Notes under the pieces: model-generated
Told to the model about the DNA's origin: nothing
The model's input: the letters and a program-made list of their open reading frames with translations, nothing else
The model's database searches: none
Made by a program: the position numbers and the translations under genes
Assembly: GCF_036321535.1 (NCBI RefSeq)
Contig: NC_087472.1
Coordinates: 94,924,001 to 94,988,000 of the forward strand
Length of the DNA stretch: 64,000 nucleotides
Reading direction: 5' to 3'
DNA from: Camelus dromedarius
Lineage: Eukaryota
Shown here: positions 23,905-35,410 of the stretch, piece after piece
Layout of the letters: each line of letters starts with the position of its first letter
Numbering within the stretch: position 1 is the stretch's first letter

Positions 23905-24730
23905 ATGGCAGACTTATTTATTTTTGCTTTTGTTGCTTGTGCTTTTGCTGTCATATCCAAGAAGTCACTGCTGAGACCAATGTCAAGGAGCTTTTCCCTG
24001 TTTTCTTCTAGGACTTTTATGGTTTTAGGTCTTAAATTTAAGTTTTTCCTCTATTTTGAATTCATTTTTGTGAGTGGTAGAAGATAGGGGTCCAGTCTTA
24101 TTCTTCTACCTGTGGTTATCCAGTGTTCCCAAACACCGTTTTTTGAAGAGACATTCCTTTCCCCCATTGGGTATTCTTGGCACCCTTGTCAAATCTTAGT
24201 TGACCATATACGTGGGGGTTTATTTCTGGGCTCTTGATTCTGTTTCATTGTTACAAGTATCTTTTTTATGCCAGTACCATATTGTTTTGATTATTATAGC
24301 TTTGCATTATAGTTTGAAATTCAGAAGTATGCCTTTGGCTTTGTTCTTCTTTCTCAAGATTGCTTTGGCTGTTCTGGTTATTTTAAAATAAAATAAAATA
24401 AATCTACCATATGATCCAGCAATCCCATTTCTGGATATATACCGAGAGGAAATGAAAACAGGATATCAAAAAGATGTCTCCACTCCCATGTTTATTGCAG
24501 CATTATTCAAAATAGCCAAGATATAGAAACAACCTAAGTGTCTATCACAGATAAATGGATAAAGAAGATGTAGTACATATATACATTGGAGTAGTAGTCA
24601 GCCATGAGAATGAAGGAAGTCCTGTCATTGCAACAACTTGGATGGACCTAGACGACAGTATGCTAAGTAAAATAAGTCAGAGAAAGACAAATACTGTTTG
24701 ATGTCACTTATACGTGGAATCTAAAAAGGA
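23905..24730. mobile_element. Rearranged L1 (minus ORF2 fragment joined to plus 3' fragment) inside the ERV
   Basis: 23905-24380 is antisense ORF2; 24390-24730 is sense ctaccatatgatccagcaatccc...cacttatacgtggaatctaa. Confidence 0.8.
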
Positions 24731-26958
24731 TAAATTCAGATGGATTCATACTTCCCATGTGAAGCTAGCACCTCAGGAGGACTGGGACTGTGATTCCCAC
24801 AGAGGATTTGAAACTGAAGTTTTCTAGAGTAAGGGAAATTGATGCTTAATTTAACTGAAAGGAGGCATTCTAAAAAACTTGCTATTCTCACAGACTGCCT
24901 TGCTGTCCTGTTGACAGTGTGGCTATTTCAAGTACTTTAAGAATCACATTTTACTAGAAAATAAACAAGTTACTTGTTAAAATTTGGAAATGTACTGCTT
25001 GGACTGTTTAATGCTGGAACAACAACAATAACAACAGCAACAAAAATCCCACAAAGCTCTCAGAGACACTCACTCCAAGATATAATCACTAGTTCAAAAT
25101 TACAGGACTATTCATTTTTAATGGAACAATTAGGTATTGGAACCATGACTATCCTGAAAGAGACAAAATGATGGTATAAAAAAGCAAAGCATCTAATTAA
25201 TAGACAAACAAATCTGTTATCTACAGAGAGACTTCAGAGGATAGGTCTTGTGTCACTCTGTTAACCTCTCCAGTCCCTATATATTTATATAGATAAACAA
25301 AAGTTGTTATTCATAGAGGTTTAATTGACAACTATAATAATATAACTATTAATTTGGACCAATGCTAAAAATGTCTGTAGCTTGGGTTTGCTGTCAAGGC
25401 TTAAAACAATGAGAGCCATGTACCTTAAACGGTGGAAGTTTAAACTGTATCCTTCAACAGGTGCCTCGTAGTGATACTAGATAATGACCAAGTGTCTTTG
25501 TGTTTCATATGTGGGAAAAATTATTTGGGGAGATGGAGCAATTATTGAAGGACCATAAGTCATCATGTAAATGTTGTTACTTATTTGGTTGAAGGGAACT
25601 CAGAAGAAATTTATTGGGCCTTGGAAGACAAGCTCTTAGTTAAAATTTTAGATTATCAGGGTCTAGAGTTAAGCTCCCCCTTAGGCTTGAATTGGGTAAT
25701 ATTTTATAAGGAACTACTAAATAATACTCAGATAGTTAATCATTTGAAAGCTGGAGCAATAAAGCATCACAACAGTTTGTAAAATTAATGTATGATGACA
25801 GAGAATTTTTACACATTGCTAATCAAGAATCTGCTTTAACCATTCACCGTTGGTATGATATATTTAAAGGTTTCCCCCTCCAAGGCAAGTAATGTACTGA
25901 ATTTTTCAATTCATCCTACTTTAATTCTATAATTGTATTGCTTTGTAATTTACCATGGACTTGTTGGTTATTTAGATGGATGTAATTTGCCCAGAGAAAG
26001 GTAGAAATGGCAGTGGAAATAATTTTTAAAACTGTAGTGTTACTATTTTGGAACAACAGAGGGAGGGTATTGTAAGGATAAATACAAATTAAAAATAAAA
26101 AATTTTAATTCTTCTGATGCCCCCTCAAAAGGAATGAGACTTCCCTTACCCACCTTTTTAGAGTATTTACTTCTGAAAACTTATAAATATTAAACCTTTC
26201 TCTTTTAAATATTCTTGCCAATTTTACAACCAAGGAGAGTTTTCCTTCGGATATAGCCTAACACAGAGGGCCACTCCAGTTACCAGGTGCATTTAGGAAG
26301 AAATATCTTGGAAAAATGGTGACATCAAGTCCTCTTACTTGAAGGCTAGCTATCTTGTATCTTGAGAACATGGATGGAATGGGTTGTATCTGCTTGGCTG
26401 TATAACAGGGTGAGATTTCTTGTTGACTTTGCTACCTCTTTAGTTGCTTGCCTGTGATGCACATCATAGCCCAGTTTAATCCTAATTCAATAACAAAATT
26501 TTTTCTTTCCTATATGATAATTTAGAATTTTACCTGAGCCCTGTGATTCTGGAAAACAGTGAAGGTTAAGAAATCCCTCTGCTTTGTGTTCCAGGAAATA
26601 GCTTACCTCAAAGAACCTTTCTTCCCCATATAATTTAGGACTAATGGATGCTCCTTTGTTTACCTATGACAAGGTCAGACACAGATCCTCAAAAATAGCC
26701 GTTTTGGCTCATAAATGATCTATTGAAACAAAATGCTAGTTAGCCAAACTTTGGTTAAGCTCCTCTTCTTCCTCCAGGCCCCTGAACTTTGGCCTCCCTC
26801 AGCAGAGGAGCATACAGCCCCTCTGGGGAGTAGGCTGGCCTCAGGGTAAAACATTCTCTGATTGAGTATCCAGTCACACTACCCCTTTCATCCCATTTCC
26901 CCACATCCAGTTCTTTCTAGTATGGTTTACTCTTATCTACAAAAGAGTAACTTTTTTT

Positions 26959-27475
26959 TTTTAATAGACCTTATTCTTTTAGAGCAGTTTCAGGTTCACA
27001 ACAGAATTGAGCAGTAGGTACATAGTTCGCACACAGCCCTCCCCACCCACATGTATATACTCCCCTACCATCAACAACCCTCATCAGTGTGGCATATTTG
27101 GTACAATTGATGAACCAACATGGGCACATTATTGTCAACCAAAGCCTATAGTTTAAATTAGGGTTAACTCTTGATGTTGTACATTCTGTGGGCTTTGACA
27201 AATGCATAATGACATGTAGCCACCACTGTAGTATCATACAGAATAATTTCATTGCCGTGAAAATCCCTTAGTGCTCCATCTATTCATTCCTCCCTCCCGC
27301 CCTCTCCCCTGGAAACCACGGTCTTTGTATTGTTTCTGTATCTGTGCCTTTTCCAGAATGTCATTTGGTTGGAATCGTACAGTTTGTAGCCTTTTTAGTC
27401 TGGCTTCTTTCATTTAGTAATATGTCTTTTAAGTTTCTTCTATGTCTTTCATGGCTTGATAGATCATTTTTTTTT
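26959..27475 (-). mobile_element. L1MC1-like 3' end (probable 3'-transduced segment)
   Basis: ttagagcagtttcaggttcacaacagaattgagcag ... atggcttgatagatcattt matches the recalled L1MC1 3' end; poly-T at 26952-26962. Confidence 0.75.
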
Positions 27476-29990
27476 ACTGCACATACATTTTTTAATGTAC
27501 ATATATGTACTGTTCATTGTTTCTAAGAATGTTTAGAGCTTTAGCTTTTTAAAATTACATAGTTATCAAAGGAATAAAGCCAACCACAAAATAAGAATTA
27601 ACTCAGAAAGATACATACACCCTGCTGTTAACAGCAACATTATTTATAACTGCCAAGATGTGGGAGCATCCTAAGTGCACATCAACAGTTGAACAGATAA
27701 TGCAGATGCAGCATATATATATGTAATGGAATACAACTCACCCATAAAAAAGGATGTTTTGCGATTTGCAGCCCTTCATTCACTTTATTTCACTTCAAAA
27801 ACCAGAACTTTATAACTGGCAGAGACATTTCCATTACATCAAAAACAACAAAATACCTAGAAATAAACCTAACCAAGGAAGTTACCTATACTCCGAAAGC
27901 CAAAATGGCACAAAGAAATGGAAAGATTTCTCGTGCTCTTGGATTGGAAGAATCAACACTATCAAAATGGCCACACTACTGAAAACAATCCACAGATCCA
28001 ACACGACCCCCATGAAAATACTTGCGACATTCCTCACAGAACTAGAACAAACAATTCCAAAATTTATAAGGAACCACAAAAGACCTCAAACAGCCAAAGC
28101 AATCTTTTGTAGGTCTCAGTTTTTTTTTGTTTTTTTTTTTTCTCTTTCTTCTTCTTGTTCTCTTTTCTTATGGTTTGATGACTAGAGAAGGTCCTTTAAC
28201 ATTAGTTGTAAAGCTGGTTTGGTGGTGCTGAAATCTTTTAGCTTTTGTTTATCTATGAAGCTTTTGATTTCTCCATCAAGTCTGAACGAGAGCCTTGCTG
28301 GATAGAGTATTCTTGGTTGTAAGTTTTCCCCTTTCATCACTTCAAATATATCGTGCCACTCCCTTCTGGTCTGTAGAGTTTCTGCTGAAAAATCAACTGA
28401 TAACCTTATGGGAGTTCCTTTGTATGTTATTTGTAGCTTTTCTCTTGCTAATTTTAATATTTTCTCCTTATCCTTAATTGTTGTCAATTTGATGACTCTG
28501 TGCCTTGGTGGGGTTGATCCTGTGTGGTACCCTCTGTGTATCCAGGACTTGAGTGACCGTTTCCTTTCCCAGGTTGGGGAAGTTTTCAGCTGTTACCTCT
28601 CCAAAAATTTTCTCAGGTCATTTCTCTCTCTTCTCTTTCTGGGACCCCTATAATGCAAATATTAGAGCACTTCATGTTGTCCCAGAGTTCTCTTAAACTA
28701 TCCTCATTCCTTTTTATTCTTTTTTCTTTTTTCTGTTCTGAAGTAGTGATTTCCACTAATCTGTCTTCTAGCTCACTGATCTGTTCTTCTGCCTCATTTA
28801 GTCTGTTCTTGGTTCCTTCTAGTGTGTTGTTCATTTCAGTGATTTTATTCTTCAACTCCATTTGGGTATTCTTTATATTTTCCAACTCTTTGCTAAAAAC
28901 TTCACTCTGTGCATCTATACTCCTCTTGAGTTCTCTGAACATCTTCACCATCATTACTCTAAACTCTTTCTGAAATAAATTACCTATCTCCTCATCACTT
29001 ATTTCTTCTGGGATTTTATCTTGTGGCTTGGCCTGGGAGATATTCCTTTGCCACCTCATATCATCTATCTTTCTATGTGTTTGTGGATTCCTTCCACAGG
29101 CTTTGGGATAGTTGTTTTCTTATTTCGAGTATCTGCCCCTGGTGGATGAGGCTGGACTAGAGGCTTATGCAGGTTTCCTGGCAGGAGGAGCCAGTGCCTG
29201 CCCACTGCTGGGTGGAGCTTGGTCCTGGACCTCTCTTGGGTAGGGCTGTGTCCAGAGGCCTTTGTGGCTTAGGAAGTCTACTGACGGGTGGGGCTGTGTT
29301 CCCACCCTGTTATGTTGTTTGGCCTGAGGCTTCCCTACAGGCTGTTGCGTGCAGCTAGGTCTTGGTGCTAATGATCCAATCAAGATGTCAGCTTCCAGGA
29401 AGGCTCATGAAAATTAACACTCCCAGAATGTCCGCCACCAGCTTTTATGTCCCCTAAGTGAGTCGCAGCCATCTCCCATGTCCCTAGGAGACCGTCCAAA
29501 TCCAGCAGGCAGGTCTGGCCCAGGTTCCTATGAAATCACTGCCTCTTCCCTTGGACCTGGTGCACGTGAGTTTCCAGGTATGCTTCTCAAGTGAATGGAG
29601 TCTCCCTTTCCCCCAGTCCTATGAGGCTCCGAGAGCCAAGCCCCCCTGGCCTTCAAAACCAGATGTCCCGGGTTCTACTTTTTTTCCAGTGCTGGGATCC
29701 AAGCTGGGGAGCCTGACATGGGGCTTAGAGCTCTCAATCCTGTGGGAGGGCCTCTGCGGCTTAACTAATCTTCAGCTTGTGGGTTGCCCACCCAGGGGGT
29801 ATGGGGCCCAATTATATCACAAGCACGCCCCTCCTACCATTCTGCTGTGGTTCCCTCTTTATGTTTCCAGTTGCAGAAGATCTTTTTTGCTAGGTTCCAG
29901 TCTTTTCTCGATGATTGTTTAGCATTCAGTTGTGGTTTCATTGTAGTCACAAGGAGAGGCAAGCTCGTGGTCCTACCACTCCACCATCTT
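27476..29990 (-). mobile_element. ORF1-only L1 derivative (HAL1-like), copy 1
   Basis: 5' end AAGATGGTGG, GC-rich 5' UTR, disrupted ORF1 (29059-28182, ending TTKPALQLMLKDLL*), inter-ORF spacer, then inverted ORF2 fragments. Confidence 0.85.
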
Positions 29991-30339
29991 AAGAATAACC
30001 TTTTTTGCCAGGTGCTTGAGATCCTTGTAGATCTTATGGTTGCAGCTTCTATTGCAAGAATTCCCCTCCCCCTATTTCAAAAGTCCCTTTCTACCCTGGT
30101 AATAATCCTTTTTCAAGAAAGGCCTCTCCTTATTAATCTAGATTTTTTTATTTTACATACAGTTTGTGGAGAGGAATTTTTGAGTCAGCAGGATACTTTA
30201 TTTCTAATTATTTTCCTGATACATATAATATAATGTAATCATGTGGGTGACATCTCATCACCTTTGTCATAATGTATTGGTTACAAGCAAGTCACAGGCC
30301 CTGCCCACAGTGGGCCTCATGAGATTCTGTCTGCCAGTT

Positions 30340-30850
30340 TACTTTCTAGGCCCCAGTGTTTCCTGTCCTTATCTTATACAAAATTCATTTAACCTCTCCC
30401 AAGGTCCCCAGAAGTCTTGCCTCATTACTATATCAACTTAAAATCCCAGTCTCATCATCTAAATCAGGTCCAACTGCAGATGATGAGGCTCTTGGGGGGA
30501 AGTTTATTAAGCATACCAGTTGGGCATGATAAATCTCTATTTGTGGACCTGTAAAATAAAGAGACAAGTCATCTGTCTGAACAAATCCAATGTACAATGG
30601 TGAGATAGCAATAGCAATAGATGTTAATCTATAGACATTCCTGTTTAGAAACAAGCAAATGGGTGGTATAGGAGTCACTGGACAATAACAGTTCTGAACT
30701 ACCAATGGAAAGGTGTTTCAGTTCCTTGATTAGGATTTCAAAGCCTGGGGAAAATTCCTCTGATTATCACCTCCATCTTGTGGATTCTTGTTTCCACCAT
30801 CTGAATCATCCTTCTTTTTTATGGAAGATAGCATGTGTTTGTAGTTGAGA
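30340..30850 (-). mobile_element. MaLR internal (MLT1-int) fragment
   Basis: tcatcatctaaatcaggtcca...tgtggacctgtaaaataaagagacaagtcatctg...tacaatggtgagatagc, adjacent to the MLT1 LTR end. Confidence 0.6.
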
Positions 30851-31461
30851 ATGTAGAACAATTACTTTGCAAACTGATCAAATGCCCTGTGACTAGTACT
30901 TGTAACACCTACCTTGCCTCCTTTAGTGGAAAGTTTCTTTCTAGTTTATCCAGGATTCAAGAGTAACTGCTAAGAGCTGTTTTACATTTTAGGCTTTAGT
31001 CTCTCAAGTCTGAGACACACCATTTGAGGGTCTCCCATAGCCTTAGCTCAACCACCATATAGCTAAGCTTAAAACTTCCTTTCCACTGAAAAATTGCAGT
31101 TTCCCAGATGCCCAAATGGATTTGACTCAGGGCTTTTACACCTAACAGCTCTTACCTGGGATCCTACCCTTTCACTCCTTTTTAATTGGGCTACCATGAT
31201 ATCTCATAACTTCCAACTGCTCCTAGACACAAAATCCCTAACATTCCCAAGAGTATCAAGGTGTTTTTCAAAGGGCACATGTTCAATTAATGTTTAGAGA
31301 ATAAATGAGCTAATGAACATACTATCTAAGTTTTAATTTCTCCTGCATTCTTGGATAATTTAAACAGATTCATGTATGCATCTTTTGATTTTGTAAAATG
31401 ACAGGCTAAAATTATCAGAAAGGTCATGAGTCCACCATATTTCACATTACCTATTTCTTAA

Positions 31462-31607
31462 AAAAAATTATTTTTTATTATTTTTTATTTTGATGGGGGT
31501 GGAGGAGGTAATTAGGTTTATTTATTTTTAGAGGAGATACTGGGGATTGAACCAGGACCTCATGCATGCTAAGCATGTACTCTACCATTTGAGCTATTCC
31601 CTCCCCC
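31462..31607 (-). mobile_element. Camelid Vic-1-like SINE (long-tail variant) in pseudogene 3' flank
   Basis: Minus strand GGGGGAGGGAATAGCTCAAATGGTAGAGTACATGCTTAGCATGCATGAGGTCCTGGTTCAATCCCCAG...; TSD cctatttcttaa on both sides. Confidence 0.9.
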
Positions 31608-31906
31608 ACTACATTCCTATTTCTTAAGCCCAACAATTTACTACTGAGATCTTTCATATTTCCAAAGAAACCCTTGCTCAATGCCATGATATCCTGTTCT
31701 GTATCATAAAATAAGATGGAAGATTTTCCCAATTTGTTTTCCAAATTACATAGCTTCTACTCTTAAACCTGATATGCAGTGATAAGTGTATAACCACAGT
31801 TTTGATTAATAAACTTATATTCTGAAGCTATTTAAATCGTCTATTAAAAGATACAACATTTAGAAATTAATTAGAATGAATGAAATTAAGAAAAATGAAA
31901 AAATTA

Positions 31907-32287
31907 TAGCCATTATGGTAAACAATATGGAGATTCCTCAAAAAACTAAAAATAGACTTACCATATGATCCAGCAATCCCACTCCTGGGCCTATATCTGG
32001 AAAGAACTCGAATTGAAAAAGATACATGCACCCCAGTGTTCATAGCAGCACTATACACAATAGCCAAGACATGGAAACAATCTAAATTTCCATCAACAGA
32101 TGACTGGATAAAAAAGCTGTAGTGTATTTATACAGTAGAATACTACTCAGCCATAAAAAAAGAATAAATAATGCCATTTGTAGCAACACGGATGGATCTA
32201 GAGATTGTGATTCCTGGTGAAGTAAGCCAGAAAGGGAAAGAAAAATACCATATGATATCACTCATATGTGGAATCTAAAAGAAAGAA

Positions 32288-32360
<73 letters not shown>

Positions 32361-32379
32361 GAAAGGAAGAAAGAAAGAG

Positions 32380-32442
<63 letters not shown>

Positions 32443-32444
32443 AA

Positions 32445-32480
<36 letters not shown>

Positions 32481-32797
32481 AAAAAAAGAAGACACTAATG
32501 AACTCATTCATCTATAAAACAGAAACAGACTCATGCACATAGTCAACAAACCTATGGTTACCAGGGGAAAGGGGTGGGAAGGGATAAATTGGGATTTTGA
32601 GAATTGCTAATATTAACTACTATATATAAAATAAAAAAACATTTCTTCAGTATAGCACAGGGAACTATATTCAATATCTTGTAGTAACCTATAATTTAAA
32701 AGAATATGAAAATGAATATATGTATGACTGAAACATTATGCTATACACCAAAAATTGACACACTGTAACTGACTATACTTCAACAAACTTTAAAAAT
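31907..32797 (+). mobile_element. 5'-truncated L1 in the 3' UTR of the second MAGE pseudogene
   Basis: ORF2 end and 3' UTR; TSD agaaaaatgaaaaaatta (31889-31906) and agaaaaattaaaaaatta (32798-32815). Confidence 0.9.
32278..32490. repeat. (GAAA)n/(GA)n compound microsatellite
   Basis: About 210 bp of purine repeat directly after the L1 ORF2 stop codon. Confidence 0.98.
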
Positions 32798-32994
32798 AGA
32801 AAAATTAAAAAATTAGAAAGAGAAAGAAAGAAGGAAGAGATGGGAAGAGGGAGGGAGGAAATCTCCAAGATTCCACATAAAACAGAAAGACAAAATGATA
32901 TACACTGTGCTCCCTCCAGCCCAATACCAGTTCCTCACTACTTGAAACATTGACTTCTCTCTTCAGTTACAAATTAAAAGGAAGCAGCTCGGAC

Positions 32995-33718
32995 TCAGTA
33001 TGGGTAGGAGAAGAAACTGGACATGGCTCTGGAACGTATGCTGTCCGTGGTAGTAGTGCTAACCCTTGCTACAGCTTGCTCAACCTCTCTCTTCCTCATT
33101 TTTAAAAGCTTCTCCATGTTGGTATGGGAAGGAACTGTGGATGATATAAGTGACCTTCCCCAAACCCCCAAGACTCTCATCTTTCTTGTTTCAGCATGAG
33201 CTCTTGGACCCTCACAGGAATTCATATTGTGGAGGATCATGGTTGGGCACCTGCTGGCACTCCTGTCACTTTTCCTGCACAAATATTTGGCAATAAGCAT
33301 CCTGGGCTTGAATAGATGAAGTGTTTCCTCCCAGTCTACACCCCCATTATATTAAAGAATTGATAGATCTCCTCCTTAGTAGAGCAGTTGCTTTTCATGA
33401 AGATATGCCGAGGAGAGTCATCAGAAGATTGGTCTCTGGCAAGCCCTGCCACCATTCAAACTCCCATCGTTAGTGACATCCAGTTTGCTGACAAGCCATA
33501 GAAGTGCTTGGTAGATTCCACTTCCTTCAAGGTAAGTCAAACGACCAGCTCCCTGTGTTCAGAGGCTTTCCAGAAGATTACAAGGAAGTTGTCTTTGTAC
33601 TCTTTGTTGATCTTTTCCAGCATGTTTGCATTTGTAATGGGTGTTCATTTTATAACTGAGCAAAAGGAATTGCACCAACAGTCACCTTCTTGGTTGGGAA
33701 GTCTGCATGAGTGCTCAC
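32995..33718 (-). pseudogene. MAGE-B pseudogene (MAGE homology domain remnant, N-terminus lost)
   Basis: Minus-strand remnants [36 protein letters not shown] and RSRAMSSFFSYPY*; many frameshifts; upstream coding sequence and promoter array absent. Confidence 0.9.
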
Positions 33719-34189
33719 ACAGAAATAGCTACCAACTGTGTATGTCTGTGAGTATGAGTATATATGAGTGTATATGTGTGTACATGTATATTTGCAAGTA
33801 TACCCAATCTCAAAAGTTTCCTGAAAAAATACTAGCCTTTCTGTATGTGATTTACTGTGATAGTCACTATTCTATTTCTAGTCCACATACGATATTCCAT
33901 TAAAATAATAACAAAGGCCAGTACTCACCTCCAAAGAGGTTTCAGATATGCTGTCCTTACATAACCCCACGGACACTGGCACCTGTGGTCTGTGTGCTCT
34001 CTCAGATTCATGCAATGAATCAGTAGAAATTAAGTGTCCCAAGACACACTGGGAAGACACAGGGCAGAACTTTAAAATTTTTCCTGCATTGGTCTTGTCA
34101 GATGCCTTTTATTCGAGGCTATAGAACCACTCCAACTTCAGGGCACACAAGTTACCTCCACCATGAGGAATTCTCATACTTGACTTTAA

Positions 34190-35410
34190 ATCCATGAAAG
34201 AAAACACTGATAAATTGTATTTCATAAAAATTAAAACTTTTTGTTCTGTGAAAGACACTGTTAAGAGAAGGAAAATACAAACCACAGACTGGGGGAAAAT
34301 ATTTGCAAATCACTTATTTGTTGAAAAACTTGTTACCTTCTGCCCGCCCCCCCCCAAATTCTCTAAATGCAATAGTATGAAATAGATAATCCAATTAGTA
34401 AATGGGCATAAGTTCACCAAAGAGGATATATGGATAGTAAATAAGCAGATGAAAGAATATTCAACATCATTAACTATTAGTGTAATGTAATTTTAAGCCT
34501 CAATATAATTTTAAGCTACTGCACGCCTATTAGAATGGGAAAAATAAAAACTCATGAAAATATCAAGTGCTAATGAGGGTGTGGAGCGTCTAGATCTGTC
34601 ATTCATTGATGGTGAGAATGTAAAATGGTCCACCATCTCTGGAAGTCAGTTTGTGAGTTTCTTATAAAGTTAAACATACACTTACCCCCTTCTGAAAATT
34701 TGGAGAAATGAAAATATATATTTACACAAAACACCATAATCAAATGGACATAACATCTTTATTTGTAGTAGCCTCAAACTGGACCATAACCTAGATCTCT
34801 TTCAGTGGATGAATGGGTAAGCAAACTGTTGTATCTCCATGCAAGGGAAGATTACTTGGAAATCAAAAGTGATAAATTATTCATGGTCACAACTTGGGTG
34901 GATTTCAAGTGCATTATGCTAAGTGAAAAAGCCAATCCCATAAAGTTACATAATCTTTAATTCCATTTGTATAATATTTTTAAAATGAAAAAAATATGTT
35001 AATGGAGAATAGATCAGTCGTTACCAGGGATTACATTTGATGAGATTATAAAGGAGGAACACAAGGGAGTTTCTTTGGGGTTTTGGAAAGGTTCTGTGTC
35101 CTTATTCTGGTATTGGTTACACAATTTATACATGTGATAAAATTGTACTTAGTTATATACTAAAGAAAACAAAACAAAACAAAAAGGATTGATTGCATGC
35201 TCATTTGAATCTGGTGAAATCCAGATTTGATTGTAGTTTACTTAATGCTATTACACTAATGTTAATTTCTGAATTTTGGTAAATGTACTATCACAAGATA
35301 AACAGATTTCTGACTGAAGCTGGTTGTAAGGGGCACAGGAACTCTTTGTACTATTTTTACAATTTCTATGTAACTCTAAAATTTTTTCAAAATTAAAGAT
35401 TTTAAATATG
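34190..35410 (+). mobile_element. Old L1 (L1MC/L1MD-type) 3' fragment
   Basis: cataaaaattaaaactttttgttctgtgaaagacactgttaagagaagg ... ggaactctttgtactatttttacaatttc. Confidence 0.8.

Larger units (their letters stand above)
26515..30157 (+). mobile_element. Solo ERV1 LTR (MER31-like) in the proviral 3' LTR, split into 26515-26958 and 29991-30157
   Basis: TG...CA ends; 4-bp TSD tata/taca; the empty site is visible in the 5' LTR (tttcctatattttgcagagagg). Confidence 0.75.
19119..30223 (+). mobile_element. Decayed ERV1 provirus with MER34-type LTRs
   Basis: 5' LTR ~19119-19925; PBS-like tggcaatgaggacaagac at 19927-19944 (12/18 match to the tRNA-Ser PBS TGGCGACGAGGATGGGAT); Gag zinc knuckle CHSCEKPGHWERNY at 21856-21897; RT remnants YR/FVQDHREVNK, FSVVDLCSDFF, QYVSDLL and GHKASLGKLQYCQTEVKYL at ~22670-23170; PPT agagggaggg; 3' LTR 26071-26514 plus 30158-30223. 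Confidence 0.88.

Noticed and set aside
25400..26060. Possible co-opted MER34 env (HEMO-like)
   Set aside because: The env-position region has no long ORF; only heavily decayed remnants remain.
27476..29990. Treating the two composite L1 blocks as part of the MAGE segmental duplication
   Set aside because: Flanks are unrelated and each block has its own TSD, which indicates separate retrotranspositions.
32262..32517. KER/FLS-rich ORFs
   Set aside because: Translations of the (GAAA)n microsatellite.
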